NCBI GenBank assembly: GCA_964387305.1
Contig: CAYLWD010000001.1
Span: 1-26,166, forward strand
DNA: 26,166 nt
Source of the DNA: an uncultured archaeon
GTDB lineage: Archaea > Iainarchaeota > Iainarchaeia > Iainarchaeales > JAAZKV01
Direction of reading: 5' to 3'
Made by a program: the position numbers and the translations under genes. The notes beneath the pieces were generated by a model, which did no database searches, was not told the origin of the DNA, and was given only the letters and a program-made list of their open reading frames with translations. How positions within the stretch are numbered: position 1 is the first letter of the stretch; every line of letters begins with the position of its first letter. Shown here in pieces: positions 16,542 through 24,275 of the stretch.

Positions 16542-17918
16542 TTGGGCGTAGTTGATATCTTAGTAGGCATTTCGAGTATGTTGCCTGAAATAAAAGCGCC
16601 AGAAAAAGAAGTGCCTTTTAAAACAAAAATGTTAATCACTTTAGGTGCAGTAATCATATTCTTTGTACTAGGAAATATTTGGTGCATTGGATTAGATACT
16701 TTATCAGCTAGCGTACAAAACATACAAATTTATCAAACATTATTGGCTTCACAAATGGGAACACTAATTAGTGCAGGAATTGGACCAATAGTAATGGCTT
16801 CAATCTTCTTACAACTATTTGTTGGAGCAAAAATACTTAACATCAGTTTTTCTGATCCGGTAGGAAGATCAAAATTCCAAGCACTACAAAAAGTACTTGC
16901 GGTGGCTTTGTGTTTCATTGAAGCATTCATTTACGTTGCTTCTGGATTATTGACTCCACTCGGAGGAGTATCATTATTCAATCCAGTAATGTGGTTAGTA
17001 ATAGCACAAGTGGCATTAGGTTCGTTAATTTTGCTTTATTTAGATGAAATATTATCAAAATACGGAATTGGTTCAGGGATTAGTTTATTCATTGCAGCAG
17101 GAGTTGCTGGCGGATTGTTTTGGCAAATATTTATGCCACCAATTGATTCAGTGTTCAATCCAATACTTGCAAATGGAGGAATAATCTGGAAACTAATAAC
17201 CTTAGGCGACCCATGGTTATTGTTGCCAATACTTGGAGTAATTGGAATATTTTTAGTAGTTGTTTTTGCTGAAGGAATCCATGTAAATATCCCAATAACT
17301 TTAGGAAGAAGTGGAACAGGCGGACGATATCCTGTAAAGTTTTTGTATGTAAGCAATATGCCTGTAATATTAGCAATGGCACTATTTGCTAATGTGAAGT
17401 TATGGTCATTATTCTTAGAAAAAGTACCTATCCTTGGGCAAATGATGGGCGCTGCCGCATGGGCAGTACAAATACCTAGTATTGGTGGAATGAGTATAGT
17501 TGAAGGAATAGTTAGACAAGGAATCACAAGCCAAGCAGTACAATTAGCAATATTGCAAGCAGGAATATTCCTTATTTTATTAATTATTGTTTGTGTAATA
17601 TTCGGTTGGCTTTGGACAGAAATGAGTAACCAGAGTACGAGTGCAGTAGCAGAACAATTACACAATTCAGGAATGCAAATTCCTGGGTTTAGGAGCGACA
17701 AAAGAATAATTGAGAAAGTACTTGGGCGTTATATCCCTCCAATAACAATCCTCGGTTCGATATTTGTTGCACTATTAGCAGGAATCGGAGACATGGTTTT
17801 GAGCGGATTATCCTCAGGAACAGGAATATTATTGACAGTTGGAATCATTTACAGATTCTATGAAGAAATAGCAAAAACACAAGCAGAAACAATAGCAAAG
17901 CTATTGGGAAAAGGTTGA
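16542..17918 (+). CDS. secY: Preprotein translocase subunit SecY
   Basis: About 10 hydrophobic segments; LPEIKAP, GIGPIV.ASIFLQL, KYGIGSGISLFIAAGV, YPVKFLYVSNMPVIL, IPGFRSD, GTGILLTVGI. Probable TTG start after GAGGGA. Confidence 0.98.
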   Translation: MGVVDILVGISSMLPEIKAPEKEVPFKTKMLITLGAVIIFFVLGNIWCIGLDTLSASVQNIQIYQTLLASQMGTLISAGIGPIVMASIFLQLFVGAKILNISFSDPVGRSKFQALQKVLAVALCFIEAFIYVASGLLTPLGGVSLFNPVMWLVIAQVALGSLILLYLDEILSKYGIGSGISLFIAAGVAGGLFWQIFMPPIDSVFNPILANGGIIWKLITLGDPWLLLPILGVIGIFLVVVFAEGIHVNIPITLGRSGTGGRYPVKFLYVSNMPVILAMALFANVKLWSLFLEKVPILGQMMGAAAWAVQIPSIGGMSIVEGIVRQGITSQAVQLAILQAGIFLILLIIVCVIFGWLWTEMSNQSTSAVAEQLHNSGMQIPGFRSDKRIIEKVLGRYIPPITILGSIFVALLAGIGDMVLSGLSSGTGILLTVGIIYRFYEEIAKTQAETIAKLLGKG

Positions 17919-17962
17919 AAGCACAACCCCAAAAAAATAGAGTAAAAATTAAAAAAGTGAGG

Positions 17963-17976
17963 CAGTGCTTTTAAAA
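17963..17976 (+). promoter_or_regulatory. Possible internal promoter (TTTTAAAA 17969-17976) upstream of DUF106
   Basis: TATA-like box in a ~85-100-nt gap. The context AGTGCTTT(T)AAAA recurs at ~24170. Confidence 0.3.
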
Positions 17977-18002
17977 CATTGCGGTTGAGAAAATAGTAGT
18001 AC

Positions 18003-18545
18003 TTGGTGAGTCTAATAGAGGTAATGAACCCCGCAGTTTTGATATTTATAGCAGCATGCATAATGGCTATAATCTCGAGGATATTAGAGTGGAAACTCGT
18101 TCCGAGAGCAGCAAAAGAAATGCAAAAAGAATTAAAGGAAAAACAAAACGAGTATAATAAATTTATTAAGGAGGGAAAAGGAGCTACCAAAGAAAGCGAA
18201 AAATTACAGTCAGAAGTAATGGAAATGACTTTGAAATTAATGCAATCAAGAATGAAAGTCATGTATGTTTCGTTGATATTATTTGGAATAGCTTGGTGGG
18301 TACTTGGAACACAATTCGGTGGAAAAACATTTGAGGCATTGCACGCATTGCCAAAATTCAATGGTTTTTTTCTATTGAATCCGTTCAGTTGGGTTCCTAC
18401 CGGATTAACAATACAAACAGGAATGTTGAAAGCGTATGTGTTTTCATCACTCGAAGCTAGTATTGCAATTACAATAATATTGAAATTGTTGAGAAAATTT
18501 AATGCGAAAGAAATTTTGGAAAAAAAATTTAATTTAAAATTTTGA
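18003..18545 (+). CDS. DUF106 / EMC3-TMCO1 (Oxa1-superfamily) membrane protein; start may be 18024
   Basis: TM1, then a coiled coil (KEMQKELKEKQ...EKLQSEVMEMTLKLMQ), then further TMs. Canonical position between secY and eL34. Confidence 0.85.
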   Translation: MVSLIEVMNPAVLIFIAACIMAIISRILEWKLVPRAAKEMQKELKEKQNEYNKFIKEGKGATKESEKLQSEVMEMTLKLMQSRMKVMYVSLILFGIAWWVLGTQFGGKTFEALHALPKFNGFFLLNPFSWVPTGLTIQTGMLKAYVFSSLEASIAITIILKLLRKFNAKEILEKKFNLKF

Positions 18546-18561
18546 TTGAAAGTGATAAAAA

Positions 18562-18903
18562 ATGGTTAAACCGTACGAAAAGAGTTTGAAACACAAATTC
18601 AGAAAGACTCCAGGCAGAGTAACAAAAAAAGTTTTCTTTAAAGAAAAATCACAGAAAAAAAAATGCCCTGTTTGTGAAATAGAACTAGCTGGAGTAGCAT
18701 CAGGAAGAAAAGCAAAACTTGGAAAATTAAGTAAGTCGGAAAAACGTCCAAGTGCACCGTTTGGCGGGGTACTATCAGGAAAAGGAAGAGAACAAGTTTT
18801 TGTTGAAGCTGCTAAAGTGCACACAGGCGTAAAAACAATTGAAGATGTTGAAGAAAAGTACAAAGCATTTGTGAAACAAGCATTAGAAATGATGAAGAAA
18901 TAA
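18562..18903 (+). CDS. rpl34e: 50S ribosomal protein eL34
   Basis: RKTPG, CPVC..ELAGV, SKSEKRPSAPFGG motifs; position. Confidence 0.93.
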   Translation: MVKPYEKSLKHKFRKTPGRVTKKVFFKEKSQKKKCPVCEIELAGVASGRKAKLGKLSKSEKRPSAPFGGVLSGKGREQVFVEAAKVHTGVKTIEDVEEKYKAFVKQALEMMKK

Positions 18904-18928
18904 TTTAATACAAAAAGGATTGATGATT

Positions 18929-19144
18929 ATGAAAATAGGACAGATTTGCATTAAAACAAAAGGACGAGAAGCTGGAAGAAAGGCAATTGTACTTTCTGAA
19001 GTAAAAGAAGGACGCGTACTTATTGACGGACCAAAAGTAAAGAGAAAAGAATGCAATGTTTTGCATTTATTTCCAACAGGACAAATAGTAGATATTAAAG
19101 AGAATGCAAGTCACGAAGAAGTTTTGAAAATTTTAAATAAATAG
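18929..19144 (+). CDS. rpl14e: 50S ribosomal protein eL14
   Basis: IGQICIKTKGREAGRKAIV...VLIDGPKVKRKECNVLHLFPT. Confidence 0.95.
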   Translation: MKIGQICIKTKGREAGRKAIVLSEVKEGRVLIDGPKVKRKECNVLHLFPTGQIVDIKENASHEEVLKILNK

Positions 19145-19155
19145 GATTGATGATT

Positions 19156-19686
19156 ATGAGCGAAGAAGTAAATTACATTATTCGTGTATTGGGGAAAGAC
19201 CTTGACGGAACTGTTAGTGTTGAAAGCGCATTAAGGGGGATAAAAGGAATCAATCATAGAGTAGGAAAAATAATTGCAACAGAATTTTTTAAAGAAAAAA
19301 AATATCCTATAGGAAAAAAAATGGGAGAATTGACTCCAAGTGATATTGCTTATCTTGAAGAAATAATTACTCACCCAGAAAAACACGGTTTGCCGGAATG
19401 GGCACTTAATAGGCAAAAGGACTTTGAAACGGGAGAAAGCAAACACAAAATAATGAATGACTTGGATTTTTCAGTTAGAACTGACATTCAAAGATTAGCG
19501 GATATTAAATCTTACAGAGGATTAAGACTTTCTTGGGGATTAACAGTAAGGGGACAAAGAACAAAGAGTACTCACAGAGGAAAAGGAACTGTTGTTGGTG
19601 TAATGAAAAAGGATGCAGGCCCTGGAAAAGGGGCAAAGCCAGTAGCCGGAGCAGATAAAGGAAAAGGCGGAGACAAGAAAAAATAA
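19156..19686 (+). CDS. rps13: 30S ribosomal protein uS13
   Basis: IIRV...DLDG, AL..IKGI, P.W.LNRQKD.ETG, SYRGLR...GL.VRGQRTKST.R.G motifs. Confidence 0.97.
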   Translation: MSEEVNYIIRVLGKDLDGTVSVESALRGIKGINHRVGKIIATEFFKEKKYPIGKKMGELTPSDIAYLEEIITHPEKHGLPEWALNRQKDFETGESKHKIMNDLDFSVRTDIQRLADIKSYRGLRLSWGLTVRGQRTKSTHRGKGTVVGVMKKDAGPGKGAKPVAGADKGKGGDKKK

Positions 19687-19699
19687 TTAAGTGATACTT

Positions 19700-20410
19700 A
19701 TGGGTGATCCAAAAAAACTAAAAAAAGGATATAGCGTTCCTAGAAAAAGATGGGAAAAAGAAAGAATCGAAGATGAAAATAAAATAATTGAAGCTTATGG
19801 TTTGAAAAATAAACGAGAATTATATAGAATGGAAAATTTAATTAGAGCAAAAAGAACAACTGGAAGAAAATTACTTGCACTTGATTTAGAAACAAGGATT
19901 AAAAGAGAAAAAGAATTGCTTGATTCAATGAAAAAAATTGGAGTGTTAAGAGGAAATCCAACACTAGAAGATATTTTATCATTGAAGACAAACGATTTGC
20001 TTGAAAGACGATTACAAACAATTGTTTGGAGAAAAGGATTAGCAGGAACAACAAAACAAGCAAGACAATTTATTACACACGGACACATTGCAATAAACGG
20101 AAAAAAAGTTGATTTACCTGGATATATTGTTGGATTGGATGAAGAAGATAATATTACTTACCACGGAAAAGAAATGATTGTAGAAGGGAAGAAAACAAAA
20201 CGCATTGGTGCAAAAAAAGAGGATGCTAAAAAAGAATTAAGAGAAGATTTTGAAGAAGCAAAAGGAGACGAAGAAGAAAGTTCTGATGCTGATGAAGAAA
20301 GTGAAGAAACAAACGAAGATGTAGATTCGAAAGAAAAAAAAGAAACTGTTAAAAGCGATAGTAAAATTAAGGCAGTAGATGTTAAGGAAAAAAAAGTTGG
20401 TGAAGAATAA
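19700..20410 (+). CDS. rps4: 30S ribosomal protein uS4 (with ~70-aa charged C-terminal tail)
   Basis: [46 protein letters not shown]. Confidence 0.97.
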   Translation: MGDPKKLKKGYSVPRKRWEKERIEDENKIIEAYGLKNKRELYRMENLIRAKRTTGRKLLALDLETRIKREKELLDSMKKIGVLRGNPTLEDILSLKTNDLLERRLQTIVWRKGLAGTTKQARQFITHGHIAINGKKVDLPGYIVGLDEEDNITYHGKEMIVEGKKTKRIGAKKEDAKKELREDFEEAKGDEEESSDADEESEETNEDVDSKEKKETVKSDSKIKAVDVKEKKVGEE

Positions 20411-20802
20411 TGGCTGATAATCGAGGAATAGTTCACGTTTATGCAACACACAATAACACTATGCTAATGCTCACTGACATGAGTGGAGCAGAAACAATTG
20501 CAAAGTACACTGGTGGAATGGAAACAAAAGCACAACACAAAGAAGGAACTCCTTATGTTGCAATGAAACTCTCAGAATATATTGCTAATGCCGCAAGAGA
20601 AAAAGGGATTAGAGAAATTTTTGTTAAAGTTAGAGCACACGGTGGAAATAGGAGTACAAGCACTGGACCCGGAGCCGAAGCAGCAATTCGTTCATTAACA
20701 AGAAACGGGTTGAGAATAATTTCAATTGAAAATATTACTCCGATGCCACACGATGGGTGCAGGAAGAAAGAAAAATTTAGGGGAAAAGCAGCTAACAAAT
20801 AA
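20410..20802 (+). CDS. rps11: 30S ribosomal protein uS11
   Basis: GIVHVYAT.NNT, GAETIA, TPY.AM, GPGAEAAIRSL, TPMPHDG; TAATG coupling with rps4. Confidence 0.97.
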   Translation: MADNRGIVHVYATHNNTMLMLTDMSGAETIAKYTGGMETKAQHKEGTPYVAMKLSEYIANAAREKGIREIFVKVRAHGGNRSTSTGPGAEAAIRSLTRNGLRIISIENITPMPHDGCRKKEKFRGKAANK

Positions 20803-20830
20803 ATAAATGTTGGAAAAAGGTGTTGATAAT

Positions 20831-21583
20831 ATGGTTATTGAAGTAAAAAAAATTTTTGAAGAAAATGGGTTGACGAAATACTTGATAAAAGGAGTTGACT
20901 CCGTATTCATGAACTCAATAAGAAGAATAACAATGAATGCAGTGCCTTGCCTTGCAATTGACACAGTTAATATTTATTCAAACGATTCAGTGATTAACGA
21001 TGAAATGCTAGCACATAGATTAGCAATGCTACCAATAAAGACGGACGTTAAAGGATATAAAAAAGGACAAAGCGTTAAATTGGTGCTAGAAGCAGAAGGC
21101 CCTTGCATGGTTACAAGCAAAGATATTAAGAGTACTGACCCTAAGGTAGAAATACTCGAAAAAGAAATTCCAATAGTAAAATTAGGTAAAGGAGAAAAAT
21201 TAAAATTAGAAATGAGTGCAATGATGGGAGTTGGAAAAGAACACGTAAAGTTCCAGCCAGGAATTATTGCATACAACCAAGCACCCAACATTAATAATGA
21301 AAAGAGTTACAAGATTCGAGAAATTTTATCAGAATTTCCAAAAGGAATTATTGACGAAAAAGCAGGAAAATTATTTTTAGTTGATCCTTATAATTTGAAG
21401 AATAGTAGTCAACACGAGGACTTGATGAAAAAATTCGGAATAGAATTAGAATATTCTGATGACGAATTTGTTTTAACAATAGAATCAACAGGACAATTAG
21501 ATGCTGACGAGATAGTAGAATCAGCAGTAGATGTATTAAAAGAAAAACTTGACACTCTTGCAGAAGAGGTTAAGAAATTATAG
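20831..21583 (+). CDS. rpoD: DNA-directed RNA polymerase subunit D (Rpo3)
   Basis: NSIRR...VP.LAID.V....NDS...DEMLAHRLAMLP, IPIVKL..GEKL, G.GKEHVKFQP, ESTGQL motifs. Confidence 0.97.
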   Translation: MVIEVKKIFEENGLTKYLIKGVDSVFMNSIRRITMNAVPCLAIDTVNIYSNDSVINDEMLAHRLAMLPIKTDVKGYKKGQSVKLVLEAEGPCMVTSKDIKSTDPKVEILEKEIPIVKLGKGEKLKLEMSAMMGVGKEHVKFQPGIIAYNQAPNINNEKSYKIREILSEFPKGIIDEKAGKLFLVDPYNLKNSSQHEDLMKKFGIELEYSDDEFVLTIESTGQLDADEIVESAVDVLKEKLDTLAEEVKKL

Positions 21584-21669
21584 GCCAATAAGTTATTTAG
21601 CACAGCAAGGGCTACCGAAGGTGCCCAATTCCCGCGCGAAATTTGTCGCGCCGCGAAATTTGCCGTGCC

Positions 21670-21830
21670 GCAGGGGTTCCCGAGCGGTCAAAGGGGCAGG
21701 ACTTAAGTTGCAATTAGTTAGTTGTGAAAAGCAATTTGCAGAGCAAAGTGTTTTGAGAAAAAAAGTGGAAGATTTGCAGTAGAAATCCTGTGGCTTAGTG
21801 CCTTCAAGAGTTCGAATCTCTTCCCCTGCA
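21670..21830 (+). tRNA. tRNA-Leu(UAA) with a 77-nt intron at canonical position 37/38 (intron 21708-21784); CCA not encoded
   Basis: Acceptor GCAGGGG/CCCCTGC with discriminator A, D-arm CCC..GGTCAAA..GGG, anticodon stem CAGGA/TCCTG with loop CT-TAA-G|A, long variable arm GGC-TTAGT-GCC, T-arm AAGAG-TTCGAAT-CTCTT. Confidence 0.95.
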
Positions 21831-21884
21831 ATTTTAGTAATTTAGTAAGTTGGTTTTTAAAGTAAGGTTAGTAAAAGTGATTGT

Positions 21885-22232
21885 ATGGAAAAAAAATTAG
21901 AAACAACAAGGCTTGTCGCTGAATTAGAAAAAGCTTCAAGAAAAACTGAAAAAAATCTTTGGAAAGATTTGGCTAAAAGAATGGATGCCCCTAGAAGACA
22001 AAACATTGTTGTTAATGTCGGTAAATTAAGCAAACTTGCAAAAAAGTTTAAGGGGAAAACATTAATTGTGCCTGGAAAAATTTTGTCAGAAGGAGATTAT
22101 ACTGAAAAAGCAACTATCGTTGCTATAAGTGCATCAGAGAGTGCAAAGAAAAAAATTAGTAAAACAGGAAAATTTGTTTTATTGAAAGATTTTATTGGAC
22201 AAGAAACAAAAAACACAGTAATAATTAAATGA
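21885..22232 (+). CDS. rpl18e: 50S ribosomal protein eL18
   Basis: LWKDLAKRM..PRR....VNVGKL, IVPGKILSEG, S.SA.KKI motifs. Confidence 0.95.
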   Translation: MEKKLETTRLVAELEKASRKTEKNLWKDLAKRMDAPRRQNIVVNVGKLSKLAKKFKGKTLIVPGKILSEGDYTEKATIVAISASESAKKKISKTGKFVLLKDFIGQETKNTVIIK

Positions 22233-22251
22233 TTTTTAGAGTGTGAATACG

Positions 22252-22662
22252 ATGATTGTTGACGGAACAGGATTAGTTGCAGGACGAGCAGCAACAAGAA
22301 TAGCAAAAGCTTTAATCAAAAATGAGAGTGTTATTGTAGTTAATTCAGAAAACTTTTTGCTAGTTGGAACTAAAGAAGCCAGTATGGAAAAATACATTAA
22401 GAGAGTAAACGCTTCAGTTAAGTCAAATCCCCATTATGGGCCAAAATTTGATAGGATTCCAAGCAAAATGTTCAAATTTATGGTAAAAGGAATGTTGCCA
22501 AACAGAAAAAAAACAGCATTAAGAGTATTGAAGAATTTGAAGGTTTATAACAAAAATCTTTCAAATTTAAAAGGCGATGTAATAGAAAAATCAAAATGTA
22601 ATGACAAGCACGATTCAACAACACTAAAAGAAATTGCTGAATCACTTGGCGGAAGATGGTAA
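22252..22662 (+). CDS. rpl13: 50S ribosomal protein uL13 (start may be GTG 22243)
   Basis: IVDG...VAGR.A..IAK.L...E.VIVVNSE, GPK..R.P..MF...VKGMLP, L..IAESLGG.W. Confidence 0.95.
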   Translation: MIVDGTGLVAGRAATRIAKALIKNESVIVVNSENFLLVGTKEASMEKYIKRVNASVKSNPHYGPKFDRIPSKMFKFMVKGMLPNRKKTALRVLKNLKVYNKNLSNLKGDVIEKSKCNDKHDSTTLKEIAESLGGRW

Positions 22663-22708
22663 TTTAATTGATGAAATTTATTTAGATGATGATTTAACGG
22701 TGAAATAA

Positions 22709-23164
22709 ATGGATGAGAAACATATTGAAGAAGTAGTTGAAGAGAAGAAAGTAAAGCCCGCTACAAAAAAAGCAGGGATGACAGTTAAAGCAAAAAAGAA
22801 AACTGCTATTGCCAGAGCGGTTATTAGAAAAGGAAAAGGAAGGATTACTGTTAATAAAATTAATTTGAAGAATTATGCTAGGGGCTATGTACTTGATTTC
22901 ATAACACAACCATTAGTATTAGCTGAAGGAGCTATTGATGAGTATGATGTGGACATAAAAGTACAAGGCTCTGGATTTATGAGTCAAGCAGTTGCTATAA
23001 GAGCATGCCTAGCAAAAGCGATTGTTAGAGCAAAAGGCAAAAAATTCAAGGAAATGTTCCTTGCATTTGACAGATTACTTTTAGTTGATGATGTAAGAAA
23101 AGTTGAATCGAAGAAACCACTTGGAAGAAAAGCAAGAAGCAAAAAACAAAGCAGTAAAAGGTAA
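22709..23164 (+). CDS. rps9: 30S ribosomal protein uS9
   Basis: KKKTAIARAVIRKGKGRITVN, VQGSGFMSQA, DRLLLVDD.R..E.KK..G.KAR.KKQSSKR. Confidence 0.97.
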   Translation: MDEKHIEEVVEEKKVKPATKKAGMTVKAKKKTAIARAVIRKGKGRITVNKINLKNYARGYVLDFITQPLVLAEGAIDEYDVDIKVQGSGFMSQAVAIRACLAKAIVRAKGKKFKEMFLAFDRLLLVDDVRKVESKKPLGRKARSKKQSSKR

Positions 23165-23188
23165 AAAAAAATATTTGGAGATGGTTAA

Positions 23189-23383
23189 ATGATTGTTCCG
23201 GTAAGATGTTTTTCGTGTGGAAAACCAGTTGGTGCGTTGTACGAACAATACAAACAACGCGTAGCTAAAGGTGAAGAGCCTAGAAAAGTTCTTGATGATT
23301 TAAAAGTAACAAGATACTGTTGTAGAAAAATGCTTTTGACTCACGCAGAATTGATTGATGAAATAATGGTATTTAATAAATAA
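23189..23383 (+). CDS. rpoN: DNA-directed RNA polymerase subunit N (Rpo10)
   Basis: [12 protein letters not shown]...LDDL...RYCCRKML. Confidence 0.98.
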   Translation: MIVPVRCFSCGKPVGALYEQYKQRVAKGEEPRKVLDDLKVTRYCCRKMLLTHAELIDEIMVFNK

Positions 23384-23394
23384 AGGGGATTTTG

Positions 23395-24156
23395 ATGAAG
23401 AGAAATACACGAACAACAAGAGATAGGCGCGATAGGGTAGAACAAAAACCAGTTATAGAAATTAATGAAACTGGAGAAGAAGATTACCTAAAGAGTAACA
23501 AAGCCCTATTGACTGATGTTGAAACTTACTTGAAATCAGGAATCCATATCGGAACAAAATTCAAAACCGGAGAAATGAGGCGCTACATCTTCAAAAAACG
23601 GGGAGATGGGCTCATGGTTTTTAATATTGAACAAATTGATGACAAAATAAGAATGGTTGCAAAATTTTTATCAACTTATGACCCAAAAGAAATTGCTTTA
23701 GTTTCAAAAAGAGTTTATGGACACAAACCAATAAAGAAATTTGCTGGATTAACAGGAGCAAGAGCATTCACTGGAAGATTCATTCCGGGAACATTCACTA
23801 ACCCCACGGCAAGAATATTTGTTGAACCCAAAGTAGTTATTGTGTGCGACCCAATGATTGATTCACAAGCAATAAAAGAAGCAACACAAAACAATGCAAT
23901 AGTTATTGCAGTTGCTGGAAGCGATTCTCCTTTGAAGAATATTGATATTGCAATACCAACAAACAACAAGGGAAGAAAATCATTAGCATTATTGTTTTAC
24001 TTGTTGGCAAGAGAAGTTCTTGTTGCTAGAAAAGAAATTTCTTCAGAAGCATTCAAAGAGAAAGTAGAGGACTTCGAACAAGAAATCGAAGAAAAAAAGA
24101 TGGAAAAAATACAGCAACAAAGAATGCAAGACAGAAGATTCAGACGAAGATTCTGA
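23395..24156 (+). CDS. rps2: 30S ribosomal protein uS2 (charged N- and C-terminal extensions)
   Basis: [52 protein letters not shown] motifs. Confidence 0.97.
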   Translation: MKRNTRTTRDRRDRVEQKPVIEINETGEEDYLKSNKALLTDVETYLKSGIHIGTKFKTGEMRRYIFKKRGDGLMVFNIEQIDDKIRMVAKFLSTYDPKEIALVSKRVYGHKPIKKFAGLTGARAFTGRFIPGTFTNPTARIFVEPKVVIVCDPMIDSQAIKEATQNNAIVIAVAGSDSPLKNIDIAIPTNNKGRKSLALLFYLLAREVLVARKEISSEAFKEKVEDFEQEIEEKKMEKIQQQRMQDRRFRRRF

Positions 24157-24224
24157 AAATATAGTAAATAGTGCTTTAAAAGGCATAAAAACTCTAAAAT
24201 AGAGTAATCACTAGAAATAGTAAA

Positions 24225-24232
24225 TTTAAATA
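24225..24232 (+). promoter_or_regulatory. Putative TATA box (TTTAAATA) for the trmB-like gene
   Basis: Identical to the 2855 box; followed by GTGAT SD at 24267 and ATG at 24276. Confidence 0.5.
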
Positions 24233-24275
24233 CCTGTGTGCAGTTAATATTAGTAATAGTGCGCAAGTGATTGGT

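Noticed and set aside
21549-21782. 77-aa plus-strand ORF
   Set aside because: It overlaps the rpoD end and the tRNA gene, which explains its GC-rich stop-free stretch.
21708-21784. Group I intron or C/D-box guide RNA within the tRNA-Leu(UAA) intron
   Set aside because: It is too short for a group I intron and lies at 37/38 with BHB geometry. There are no RUGAUGA or CUGA boxes.
4389-24275. ORF-track starts at upstream TTG/GTG/ATG codons (e.g. 4389, 5822, 9700, 10152, 11983, 12403, 15976, 24267) that suggest extra N-terminal extensions
   Set aside because: These codons fall within or upstream of the GGTGA/GTGAT SD motifs, and the downstream ATGs match the family N-termini.
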